Shown here: positions 13,631 through 25,218 of the stretch, piece after piece | Layout of the letters: every line of letters starts with the position of its first letter | How positions within the stretch are numbered: the first letter of the stretch is position 1 | IMG/VR virus record: IMGVR_UViG_3300022660_000081 | Coordinates: 2,500 to 66,499 of that record | Length of the DNA stretch: 64,000 bases | Strand: one strand, 5' to 3' | Origin: a virus | Lineage: Duplodnaviria > Caudoviricetes | Program-made: the position numbers and the translations under genes | The notes under the pieces: generated by a model | Told to the model about the DNA's origin: nothing | The model's input: only the letters and a program-made list of their open reading frames with translations | The model's database searches: none

Positions 13631-13753
13631 TTGATTTTTTATAAAAAATATTTATAAATCTTCTTGCGAAGACCCAAATTTGCACATTAGCAAGAAATTA
13701 AAAATTTCTATACTGCTATAAAAGACCACAGATTTGTCACCTGTGGTTTTTTT
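13631..13753 (+). promoter_or_regulatory. Second promoter, short structured leader and intrinsic terminator
   Basis: TTGATT(13631)-N16-TATAAA(13653), same geometry as at 13203; hairpin ACCACAG/CTGTGGT followed by a T run. Confidence 0.5.
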
Positions 13754-13772
13754 ATTTACTACTATATATATA

Positions 13773-14003
13773 ATGATTAAGTACAAGCTAAGATGAGTGT
13801 CTATTGATTATTCGGAGAAACTCTGAAAGAGGGTTTTAGTTATTCCATTGGTTTGAAGACGGATAGACTGAAAGTATGATAAATATATTACAATGGATGA
13901 AGCATTAGATATTGTTAATGACGCAGTTATTGACCCTAATGAGAAAAACTCTATCCTAAGTAAGAAGGATAGAGCAACTTTCTGAAACAAGCCTTTATTT
14001 TAG
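13773..14003 (+). CDS. 76-aa hypothetical protein, opposite strand to the late operon
   Basis: MIKYKLRGVSIDYSEKLGKRVLVIPLVG... ends in TAG; open with TGA=Gly. Confidence 0.6.
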
Positions 14004-14038
14004 CGTGAATTTTTCTTATTTTTTAATTTTTTCACGCA

Positions 14039-15436
14039 CTAATATAGTAAGTCATCATAATCTATCTCGTAAGTACCAGTGATTATCTCACTATTAGCTT
14101 CTGTTTCTTGGACTAAGTATATCATTCTAAACATAATAGCATCTGCAAAGTCTGGTGAGCGGTTTATTCTTCTTTTGAGGTCTTTTTTATCCTCTATTTT
14201 TACCTTTCCATCTGTATCTATACCAGATATAAAGATGTTTTCTAGTTCTTCAGATAATCTATCCCTTATTACTCAGTCTGCATAAACTCTAACAAGCCTT
14301 TTTTCCATCATTTCTTTAAGCTTAAAGTAGCATTGAGCTTTTAGGTTGGCATAGTTTCTAAGGACTAATCATTTTTTCTCTGGCTCAAATCTATATGGAC
14401 GACTGTTGTTTACGAAATTGGTACATCATCTAAGCAAATCGGCTAAACCTCAACCAACTCCATCACTATCTATTACTATATTATGTCTTGATACATTATA
14501 TGAATATTCTAAATCTTTTATTCTGGCTGCTATCTCATCTATAGTATTCCTATCATAATGTAAGATTTTGATACATTCTAACCCCCTCCAAATACAAATA
14601 ACAGTCTTATCATCTCCAAGCCTAGCAACATCCACACTCATATACATTGTGTCCTTCTTTTCTATATTGGTTTCGAACAAGTCTTCGATTTCATCGTGTC
14701 TAAATAGCTTTCAAGCATCTCAAGACCAATCAAAGTTTCAGTATAGAAGCCTCTGTTTAGTAATCTCATCTGTTGAGTTCCTAAGCTGGTTTATATACTC
14801 TGGGTCTATAAACTCATTATCTGTAACTAAAGATGGGATAAATATTGTATCTTCTGGAAGCGTTCCACTCTTTCGTGGAGTATAGAACGTTCTCTTTACT
14901 CGTCACTGGTCTGGGTTGAAGGTACATAATAGCTTAGGTACTAAGCCATATTCCTTGTTTTTCTGCCTAGCAATACGTGTTTTTAGGATAGTAACAGCTT
15001 GCTCATCTATCTCATTCGCCTCATCTATGAAACCTCAAGTCAACTCTAAAGACCCAAACCTTGTGAATAATGGGTCTGCTGGCTGCGTAGCACAGTCTAG
15101 TAAGAGTATCTCACTTCCATTCTCAAACCTTATAATATTGTATTTCTTATCTAGCCTTCACATAAACTTTTTAGGTATTTCATAGATTTGTCCGATTTTA
15201 TAGTAGGTATTAACTGTTGTTTTCATAAGGTTAGATAATTCTCTACGTCCTATAAACCACCTTGTTCAAGGATATTTCCAACACATATATAATAATCGCA
15301 TAACTCAAACAACACTCTTACCTCATCAAGCTCATCCCCCAAATCAGATATTCCTATATGTATTATCAGTGAGATACTGCCAGCACTCTGCTTGCTTCTC
15401 AGTCATCTCAAACTGTGGGTTAAATAAGTTAGCCAT
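14039..15436 (-). CDS. terL: Phage A terminase large subunit, 465 aa
   Basis: Walker A GGGAGGGKS uses TGA codons; Walker B GFIDE; TFNPDQG(W)VKRTFYTP(W)KSG uses CGA for W; nuclease motifs VDVARLGDD and RSPDFADA. Confidence 0.95.
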
Positions 15437-15983
15437 CGTTTTCGTTAGCATCTAAAACTTCCCCCTCAATTACCTCTGGGGCTTTATGCTTAATAGTAAT
15501 AGTAACCTCTCAGATACCAGTAAAGTCTGTGCTTTCTTCCTTCTGTCTTCATACTCATAATCTATTAAGCCTATCCTTAATAGCATCGTGTCTTACTGCT
15601 GCTGGTACATCCTCATTCTGTATCATCTCCATCTGATAGTCTAAACATAACTCAGCATCAGTTGCTATCTTCTCCATAAGATAATCTCTTACCTTATCCA
15701 AATTCTTCATAGCTCTACCATTCCCTCTATCAGAAGCTAGCCATTCCTCTCTATTAGCTAAAGTACCCTTAGCAGCTCTATAAGCAGCTGTGGCATTATG
15801 AGATTGTAAGTATTCATCTACAAAAGCCTTTTGCTTCTCTGTTAGCTTCTTCTTCATAGCTATCTTATCATCTCACTTATACTTTCAGCTTCAAGGCTTT
15901 CAGTCCCTCACTATCTCTCTAATAGCTATAACGTTCTTTGACTTCTCTTGGGGTCATCTTACTTTTTCATTGCTTTCTTCCAT
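15429..15983 (-). CDS. terS: Phage A terminase small subunit, 184 aa
   Basis: LTEKQKAFVDEYLQSHNATAAYRAA HTH motif; extends both ways from track fragment 15555..15857 through TGA. Confidence 0.8.
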
Positions 15984-16345
15984 TTTGCTTTCTTAGAAAC
16001 TAAAGTAGTAGTAGCAATCTCTCAACTCTTAAACTCCTCCATCTTCTTCCTTATCTCCTCTACACTCCAAGCCATAAACGGCTTCTTATGTGTCATTAGG
16101 AAATAATCATTCCTCGCTCTATCCAACTCCCCATTATTCACTTCCTTCCCATACCTCTCAAATAGCTCATTCTGTAACTTGTTTAAGAAACCTAACACAT
16201 CCCAAGTAGGTAAATTCTCAAACCTATTAGCATACACCCTATACTCATTAATAAGCTTGAGTATAGCTTCTGCTTTCTCTGAAGCTTCTCTCCTCTCCAC
16301 TCCAGCGTGGTTGTTTTTGTTCTCTAAATCGATGAACTCAGCCAT
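15959..16345 (-). CDS. Phage A hypothetical protein, 128 aa
   Basis: Track 16022..16345 extended through TGA to TAA. Confidence 0.7.
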
Positions 16346-16367
16346 TTATTATGTTTAAAAGATAAAA

Positions 16368-16511
16368 TTACTTCTTTGCTCTATACTTAATAGAAAGCTC
16401 TTTATCCACTATCTTCCTACACTTTATACAATACTTAGCCTTCCTTTTCATCTCTACTCCACATCTCTGACAAACATTTCACCACCTATGCCCAAATATT
16501 ACATCCACCAT
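16368..16511 (-). CDS. 47-aa Zn-finger protein
   Basis: MVDVIFGHRWGNVCQRCGVEMKRKAKYCIKCRK: two CxxC pairs. Confidence 0.55.
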
Positions 16512-16556
16512 CTCATTCTCTATTATATAAATAAAACGTCCGAAAAACTCGGACAC

Positions 16557-16922
16557 CTAATCATTCCCATAACCTATATCTATCCCCTTATTCCTTAAAT
16601 TATCTAATATACTCTCTAAGGCAGCATTCTTATCTGAAAGTTCCTCGTTCTCTTTAGCATAATAATCTACATTTGCTTGTGCCTCCGCTAAAGCTTCACT
16701 ATCTCCCCCCAAAGAAGAAAGCAACTCCACTTCTCCTACAAGTATCCCTAAAAAATATTTCTCTACCTCCTTATATATAGCATAACTTTCTACTCAGTTT
16801 ATATTAAGAACAATAACCTCTCCTCTATCCATAGCTCTATCTAAGTACCTCGTATCGTCCGAAGCCTTCCCTAACTGGACTAATATGTCCGATTTCTTTT
16901 TATAAGTCCTTAATGAAATCAT
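16557..16922 (-). CDS. Phage A hypothetical protein, 121 aa
   Basis: MISLRTYKKKSDILVQLGKASDDTRYLDRAMDRG...; first gene of the leftward operon. Confidence 0.65.
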
Positions 16923-17379
16923 AGTTCTTAATACCGAAACTGATATAAATGACAGTTCTTTTATAAGCATTTGGTGTGCCGTGTCAAGAGAAAGTTTATT
17001 TTACTGATATTTTTGTCAGTAAATTGTTTTTTACCTTGGTGCGCGCGGTACAATACTATTGAAATTTTATGCGTTCTCATTTGGTTGCTACCCCTCCTCC
17101 GTCCGTCAAAATTTTTTTTTACAAGCAATTCTTAACTGATAAAACACAGCTGTCAAAAATTTTATTGACAGGTTGGGGCTTTTGAATTTTGGCTTTTTAT
17201 CTTAAAAGATAAAAGAAAAAAAAGAATATATCTTATTTATTACGTGTTTTTGTATATATCTTTTTTATATAGTTTTTTAATTAATTAATACTTATTTTTA
17301 TAAAGTTTTATTATTCATTATATAATATATATATCTTTATTATAAGTATTTATTTTTTTATCATATATTTGTTTATATT

Positions 17380-17575
17380 CTTTTTTGGATTTTTTAATTG
17401 TTTTTGATTTTATTTGTTTTTTTGATTTTTATTTTGATTTTGTTTTATTTATTCTTTTTGATTTTCTTTTATTATGTTTTTATTTGTTTTTTGATTTTGA
17501 TTTTATTTGTTTTTTTGATTTTATATTTTATATATTTTTTTGATTTTGTAAAACTTTTTTTGATTTTTTGATATA
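17380..17575. repeat. T-rich low-complexity array with about nine TTGATTTT copies
   Basis: Direct reading; a longer TTTTATTTGTTTTTTTGATTTT-like unit recurs about three times. Confidence 0.8.
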
Positions 17576-17730
17576 TCTTTTTAAGAGTTTTATTAATTCT
17601 TAATTGCTTTTTTATATGATAACTAAAAGTTATATGTTTTTTTATATTTTGTATTGATTTTTTTGATATTTTGAATAATATATAGTCGTTATAATAAATT
17701 TATAACTTTTTATTCTTTATTCTTATTCAA

Positions 17731-18039
17731 ATGAATACAACAACATTTAAAGTAAAAAACTTTTACCATTTAAATCAATTTGTTTTGGATAAAGATTGAA
17801 TAAGTATTTTTCAATCTTATAATTCCACTATTTGTATTATTGATTATTTTAATAAAGTTATAACTTTTTGAAATGATTATAACTATTCAAAAACAACAAC
17901 AAAACATTTAAAAATGTTTTTAAACGAATATTTATCAAATGTTTTTGAAAAAACAAAAGATATTGAAAAAATTATAAAAGATTGATTTTTTAATACTCCT
18001 TATAATGAATATAAAGTTGTTTTAAATTATGACTTATAA
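17731..18039 (+). CDS. First early gene of phage A, 102-aa widespread phage hypothetical
   Basis: NQFVLDKDGISIFQSYNSTICIID...DYNYSKTTTKHLKMFL resembles a common small phage family (recognised from memory). Confidence 0.7.
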
Positions 18040-18068
18040 AAAATTTTTATATCTTATTTATTATTAAA

Positions 18069-20960
18069 ATGTTTTGAATAATTCAAAAATACTTATATGA
18101 TAAAGAAAACTTATCTTTTGTTTTAGACTATTTAATAGACTATAAAGAAAAAAACAATAAAAAATTTAATATTGATAAAGCAAAAAACTTTTTAATTAAT
18201 TTATATATGAAAAAACAAAATAAAGAATTGACAAAAACAAAAATTAATGATAAAATAAATAAACTTTTATATTACATTCAATATGATTTTTAATTGATAA
18301 AACATAAACAAAAACAAAATTTTATATTTTAATTTTATCTTATGTATAATTTAAAAATATTTAATACAAAAAAAGAATTATTTAATTTTATAAACAAAAA
18401 TAAAATAAAAGATTTTAAATATAAATTATATCTTTTTGAATATAAAAACAAAATAATAAATAACTATTTTTTATCTTATAAATAATATTAAAAATGAAAA
18501 ATACTTGAATTAAAAATTGTTATAAAGATTTTAGACTTTTTCAATATTACAATATGAATATTGAAATAATAGACAATAATTTATTTTGTTTATGTTTTAA
18601 AGATAATTATTTTATTGTTTTTGATAAAGAAAATAAAGTTTTTTATATAAATAAACATTTATATAATAATTCAAAATATTTTAATAGTAAAACACTTTTT
18701 GAAAAAGTAAAACGCTTTTTAAAAACTTATTTATGAAAAACTATAAAAAGCAAAATAGACTTTATGATTTTTATTAATGAATGTAAAAATTTTAATAACA
18801 TTGATATAAAAGCGATTGATACATTATACTATAACATATATGAAAATACTATTTTATTTAATAATTAATTATTAAAATGAATAAAACTTTATCAATTAAA
18901 AATATGGATAAATATTGACTAAGTGAAAAATTAAAAGAATATATTAAAAGTGAAAAAATTTGTTTTTTTGCTTATCATATAGAAAAAAATGATTTTGAAA
19001 TATTAAAAAATATTAAATTCAATAATTGTTATGTTTATTGTGTAAAAGAATATTTTTATTCTTTAAAAGATACAAAAACAAGCTATTATATAAATTTTAT
19101 TAATAAAAGAATTTATAATGATTTTTATTCTTTAAATTATGATTTTTGAAAATTAAGATATTCATATTATTTTTATAAATTATAAGATTTTAATAAAGAA
19201 AAAAGATTTTTTGAAAATAATAATTATTTTTTAGACTATACATATAATAGCAAATTTTATAAAGAATATTTTAATAAATAATTTTATTTTATAACTTATT
19301 TAAAAATGAATTTAAAAGAATTAAAACAAGCTTTTATAATATTAAAAAGTCAAAAATTAATAGACTTTTATGAAATTGAAATATTGAAAAAAGAAAAATC
19401 ATAAAAGATTTATAACTTATTTTTGGATAAACGAAAACAAATATTCAATAGCTTTTGATAATGATTTAAAAAAAGATTTTGATTTAAAAAATGAAATAAA
19501 AAAACAAATAGAAAACAAAATAGAAAATTTAAATGTTTTATAAGTTTATTATTGATTGAAAATGAAAATAAAGCTTATTTTATTCTTAATATGATATATT
19601 TATCATTTGAGATTATAAACGTTGCTTATTTTAATTTTTACTATGGTATAAACTGTATTTTACTTTATCAAAATAACTTATTAAAACTTTTACTTTTTAA
19701 AAACTTATCAAAATGAAAAAATATATTTTAACAGATGATATATATTGTATATATCTTACAAAATCAAAAAAAGATTTAATAGACTTTACAAAATGATATT
19801 TAAAAGAGTGAAATATATTAAGCAATTTATGATTATACAAAATAAAGTATAATTCAAAAAAGATAGATATTGATAACTTTTTTTGAGATATTATAGCAAT
19901 AGATAAAAAAACAGATGAAAGCATAGACTATGATAATTATTTAAAATATTGAATTAAAGATTGACTATGTAAAAAAGATTTTTTATATCATAACTTATAG
20001 AAAAAATGTATATACTACAAGAACTTATTAACACTGACCCTATTAAAAAAACAAAAACACTAGAACAAATGGAAAAACGACTATTAGAAAAGGCGTATAA
20101 ACAAGTGTATTATGATAACCTAGATAAACAAACATATAGAAAATTATATAAAGAAATTACATACTGAAATTGATCAAAAGATTTAAACGCTTTTTTGGAG
20201 TATGAATTTTGAGTAAAAATTTTATATCTTAACTTATTATTAAAATGTATTATAGAATATTAGATGATTATTGATATCCATATTATTTTGGATATAATGA
20301 AAAATCTTTAAAAAGATTATCAAAATGGATATATAACGCAGAGCCAGACTTTTTTGATGAAAATGAATATGATGATAAGAAAATATATAGTAAATTAAAA
20401 AGATGAATATACAATATATGATGATATAATGTAGAAAAATCTGAAAAACCTTTTAGCAAAAAAGAACTAGAACAATCTTTTAACTTTTAATTATTATTAA
20501 AATGAATAATACAATAACAATAAATCAATTATACAAAATGTGTTTATATCAAATGAATAAATGAAATTGAGATAAACATATTATGATAACAACAGATGAT
20601 GAGCGAAATGGATATCATAACTTATTTTATTGATTTGTTTATGATAAAGATGAAATAGATAGTGTTTTAGAATATTCTTATCTTGATGAGTGAATAGATA
20701 AGGATAAAATAGTTTTACTTTGATAATAATAAAAATGGCAATAATATTTTACTTTATACTTTTAGCCTTGATATCATTATTTAATGATTAAAAAAGAATT
20801 AGACAATTTAAAATATAGGATATATAAGAAAAGCTGAAAAGCTGATTATATAACCTACAATCAATTTATACAAAATGAAAATGTAGCTTATACCTTTTGA
20901 GAACTACAAAAAAGAAAATCAAAAAAAGACTTGAAAAAGACAAAAAAATAATTATATATA
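18069..20960 (+). other. Cluster of about ten small, extremely AT-rich early ORFs (e.g. 18069..18293, 20502..20726)
   Basis: Short frames ending in TAA/TAG, each preceded by a TTTTATATCTT..TTATTAAAATG leader. Not all boundaries were resolved. Confidence 0.6.
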
Positions 20961-20996
20961 CATTGTTTTCATTTCTATGAAATAAAGAATAAAAGC

Positions 20997-21086
20997 AAAA
21001 AGCCTTTACTTGTAATGTGTGTTTTATGTAGGAGTTTAACACACTTACTAAAACACACAAACTCCTACTACAAGTAGGGGCTTTTT
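20997..21086 (+). promoter_or_regulatory. Long stem enclosing two mutually exclusive helices, followed by a T run, upstream of the replication gene
   Basis: Pairings 20997-21014/21069-21086, 21016-21026/21049-21059 and 21028-21037/21059-21068. Confidence 0.5.
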
Positions 21087-21121
21087 GTTTATTATGTGTT
21101 TTAACTCTTAATAGATACAAA

Positions 21122-21904
21122 ATGGAAATTCTACAAAATGGCTTTTGTATGATACCAAACATAGTATTATACGATAATGAATTATCTGATAAACAAAAAC
21201 TATTGTATTGAACTATCAGTAGTTTATGTGCTGAAAAATGATATTGTCGAGCTTCTAATGAATATATTTGAGAATTGCTTAACGCAGACAAAAGAACTAT
21301 ATCTAGAAATATATCTGAATTAGAGAAAAAATGATATATTCACCTATCATTTGATAATAATTATAAAAGATACATAGAACTTAATAGCGTAATTGAGAAT
21401 AAGGATAGTCAAAATTGTCTAGGGGGGTGGACAAAAATGTCTAGGGGGGATAGTCAAAAATGTCTAGATATAAATATAATAGATAAATATAAAATATATA
21501 ATGATGAAAATTTAGAAAATTCACAAGATACTAATGTTTCAATTCCTAAACAAAAAGATAGCAACACACAATCAAAGACTTCCGAACTTGACATTGTTAA
21601 AAATAGTGATGATATAAGAGATATATTTAATGATGATGAGATAGCACAACATAAGATACAATTAAAGATAATATTAAAAATGGTGGAGTTATGATATAAA
21701 GTTAAGAAATCAAAAGCAGATATAGAAAAAGAATTTGAACGATTAAAAGCAAAAGCAAAGTTATATTGATTAATTCAATGAGATTGAAACATAGCACGAA
21801 CAACATTTTATCAAAAGATAGATAAACGATTTGACTGGCATACAGAAAAATGAAAAAAGGTTAAGAATTTCAAAACAAGTATTATCCCTTTTATTTCTAA
21901 ATAA
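21122..21904 (+). CDS. Phage A replication initiator (N-terminal HTH_36-type), 260 aa
   Basis: LSDKQKLLYGTISSLCAEKGYC(CGA=W)ASNEYIGELL...RTISRNISELEKKGYI; contains internal repeats. Confidence 0.85.
21403..21467. repeat. Iteron-like repeats (candidate origin) inside the initiator gene
   Basis: Three copies of G(T/A)CAAAA(A/T)TGTCTAG, two linked by G runs; lambda O-like placement. Confidence 0.7.
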
Positions 21905-21913
21905 AATAACAAA

Positions 21914-22708
21914 ATGAATAATCAACAATTAGAAGTCTTATGAAAATTCGAGCAAATGCAAAAGCAACTCAAACAAAATGGTAGATTATGAGATAGCTGA
22001 CCTTGTGATATATTATATAACAAATGTAGTGGAGTAATACCTTGAAAGGTATATACAATATGAGCTTATAGTAATGTATGAAAATCTAAATTTGCTTACT
22101 GGCATATAGCTTATTTCCTAAAACAAGGTAAAAAGGTTTTGATTATAAATTTGGAGGTTGATGCACCTCATTGCTTTATGAATATCTTACAAGCAGTAAA
22201 TAATATGAATTATAGCGAGGTAATGGACTATAAACTAACAGATGATGATATAGACTTTTATAGCAACTTAACAATTACAGATGATTTGTATAGACTAGAT
22301 GATATAGTTAAGAAAATAGAAGAAGAACATTATGATATAGTATTTATAGATTTCGTGCAAAATATAGAATGAAAGGGTATGTGAGATTATGAAAAAAATG
22401 CAACAGTGGCAAAAACAATTCAAAGAACGGCAATAAAAACTGGCTCTACTATCTATTCATTATCACAATTAAGTAATTCAGTAGGTAAAGATGTAGCTTA
22501 TGGTAATATGGACTTTATATCTTTAAAATGAAGTGGAGAATACTTTGCTTCTAGCGACGTAATATTTATCCTAAGCAAACAAGATGATGAAATGATAGTT
22601 AAGATATCTAAAAACAAATATGGTAGAAATGGTGGTGAATATGCTTTTGCAGTAGATTTTGCTAGAAATCAATTCACCTTTAAAAGAACTAATGATTGAC
22701 TTGACTAA
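21914..22708 (+). CDS. DnaB-like replicative helicase (C-terminal domain only), 264 aa
   Basis: Walker A GAYSNVGKS; IVFIDFVQ; LSQLS; LKGSGE...SSDV; KNKYG. Confidence 0.85.
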
Positions 22709-22735
22709 AAATTTTAATTATTAATTATAATCAAA

Positions 22736-22936
22736 ATGGAAACTACAAGTAATGGTAATGTAATATACGCAAAAACAAAAGATTATTGCGCTATATGAAC
22801 TAGAAACTTTTTAGAAACTGTATCAAAAATGACCTCTAATGGTTGGACTTTGGTATCACAGTATGATGATTATAACAGTGTGTTATTATGCTTTGCTAAA
22901 TGAGAGTTAAAAGATTTACTTCTTAATCTAAAATAA
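22736..22936 (+). CDS. 66-aa hypothetical protein
   Basis: Open frame between the helicase and NinG genes. Confidence 0.55.
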
Positions 22937-23490
22937 TGATAGACCTATCTAAATACAAAAGCTTATGGAAAACCAAAAAAGCTTTGGAACAAGCAAAACC
23001 AGAAAAATGGCAAGAAATACTTAGATACTATTGACCTAAGGTATGAAAGCCAGTGGCAAAGATAAGTTGGAAATTACTTGCTGATAGAGTATTTAGTGAA
23101 TATGTTAGATTATACTACGCTGATGAGTATTGATATGTAAAATGTATAACAAGTGGAGTAAAGATGTTTTGGAAAGATAGTCAATGCTGACACTTTGTAT
23201 CCAGGTGAGTACTTAAGTATAGATACGATATAGATAATTGTCACCCTCAAAGTTATAGAGATAATGTAGAATTAAGCTGAAATTATAAAGTCTATACTCT
23301 TAAAATGATAGATATGTTAGGTAGAAAAAAAGTAGAATATATGCTTAATGATAAAAGCACAGTAAATTATTGACAAGAACGATATGAGAAAATGATACAA
23401 AAACGATATAAGTTTATAACAGAGAAAAAAGAACTGATTTCAAAAATGTCAAATGAAACTGATACTGATTTAGCAAGTATGGAGTTCTAA
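22936..23490 (+). CDS. NinG/Rap-like recombination endonuclease, 184 aa
   Basis: DRVFSEYVRL...KCITSG...WKDSQCGHFVSRG...RYDIDNCHPQ...GN. Confidence 0.75.
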
Positions 23491-23612
23491 CCTACAAACT
23501 TATAACAAAAAAATAGTATGAATTTTCTATTGAAATTATCAAAAAAATCATTATATATTCAAGTGCTATAATGACATAGCAAAAAACATTTATTTAATAA
23601 CCACTTATTAAA

Positions 23613-23804
23613 ATGACTTACGAAAAAGAAATTGACATTGACTGTTGGAACGACGAGCAACGACCAACAGAATTGTGCTGGGACTGTTTAGAGTTCTGAG
23701 AGTATCTAAGAGAAACTTGAAAAATTGACACCTCTGATGAGGAGTATGAAGCTTGGAGGGACGAGCAAATGGAGAGAGAATTAGAATTGTGTGAAACAAA
23801 TTAA
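23613..23804 (+). CDS. 63-aa very acidic protein
   Basis: MTYEKEIDIDCWNDEQWPTELCWDCLEFGEYLRETGKIDTSDEEYEAWRDEQMERELELCETN; follows a TATAAT promoter-like site at ~23566. Confidence 0.65.
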
Positions 23805-23830
23805 CCTTTTATATCTTTATTTATAGCAAA

Positions 23831-24031
23831 ATGAAATACACAGCTAATTACAAATGAGAGGAAATGGAATTTAATTTCCAAGAAACTTATGAGCCACTTG
23901 ACTTTGTTAGAAACAACGACGATGTAGATTTATTTAAGAAAGAGGGTGGTAAAGTTGTAATTGATTATGAATTAGTTATCAGACTTATGTCTGAATGCTA
24001 TAGCAATATGCTACGTGAGAATTACTTATAA
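23831..24031 (+). CDS. 66-aa hypothetical protein
   Basis: Open with TGA=Gly; conserved leader. Confidence 0.6.
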
Positions 24032-24071
24032 TTCTCAACAAAAAACTTTTAGAAACTAACTACTTATAAAA

Positions 24072-24278
24072 ATGAAAGGAACTATTAAAGCTGGACTATC
24101 CAGAACTTATGCTTTAAGGCAGTATGAAAATATCAAACCTATGATAGAAATAGAAATGGAATATGATAGCGAAAAAGACGATATACAAAAGATATTAGAA
24201 AGTATGAAAATCAAATGTGAGGACTATATTAAGAAGTTTGACCCAAGACCAGAGAATGATGAGCTACCTTTTAGCTAA
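24072..24278 (+). CDS. 68-aa hypothetical protein (acidic LPF tail)
   Basis: ORF track; RTYALRQYENIKPMIEIE. Confidence 0.7.
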   Translation: MKGTIKAGLSRTYALRQYENIKPMIEIEMEYDSEKDDIQKILESMKIKCEDYIKKFDPRPENDELPFS

Positions 24279-24346
24279 GACCCGAGCAAGTCTATAAACT
24301 GCTTAGCTGCTAAAAAACCTTTTATTTATTATTTATTATATTTAAA

Positions 24347-25051
24347 ATGACACGAGGAACAAACACAACAAGCTCAAAAAACTTTTTAAGAGCAAAATTA
24401 GAAAACTTTGGTAAATGACCAGACACTCCAAGATTTGTAATTACAAAATGGAATTGAATGGAGGCTGAAAAGGTATGAGAATGAGCCTTTATAGAAGGAA
24501 CATTACAAAAGATTACAGCAAAAGAAACTCAATATTGAACTTATGTATTATTTGATATAGAGGACGCAGAAAATAATGCTATCCAATGGTGAATGAAACT
24601 TTGACAAACAATGAGAAACATTCTATTTAAGTTATATGCACCAGCAAGCAAAGATATTAAAATCAATAACATTATGCTAAAGACTGGAGTATATAATGAT
24701 AAGAAATTTGTATCTATCTTAGTAGATGGTATGAAATATGATAACCCATTCTCTAAATGGAATGAGGCTTTCCAAAAATATGATGTATCACCAGAAATTA
24801 CAGAAAAGATTAGAATAGTAAAAGACCCAGAAACTTGAGAAGTAGTAAAAAAGGACGAAACAAAACTTGATGAATGGGTAGAACATTTAGTTATTCCTAC
24901 TATCAATAGTTGTTTAAGAAAAGAATGAGATGCTTTCTGGAGTATTGGAACTGAAACAAAAGTTGACTGAACTCCAGTAGAAAAGGACTTAACTAAAGAA
25001 CTTAAAGATAAACAAGACGATATTGATTTAGATAATTTACCTTTTAACTAA
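24347..25051 (+). CDS. Putative ssDNA-binding protein, 234 aa
   Basis: Includes track fragment 24611..24838; acidic C-terminus DDIDLDNLPFN. Confidence 0.55.
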
Positions 25052-25218
25052 GAGCTAAGCAACCTCTATAAAAGGCTTGCAAATCATAATGAATTTGCTA
25101 TAACATAGTTGCATACAATAACCGAAGCCTCATATATCAACGAGGGGAATAATCTTAAATGGTTATTGTGTGCCCCCTTGTTTATATATGGGGCTTTTAT
25201 ATTTGTATGCACACTACA

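Noticed and set aside
20604-20606. CGA at a position I recall as Gly in this small phage family (DDE-G-NGYH), which might imply CGA=Gly or ambiguity
   Set aside because: One site, family recalled from memory, and explained by a single TGA-to-CGA transition; many other sites support Trp.
21421-21449. G runs in the phage A initiator as a phase-variation tract
   Set aside because: They are part of the iteron repeat unit and only six G long.
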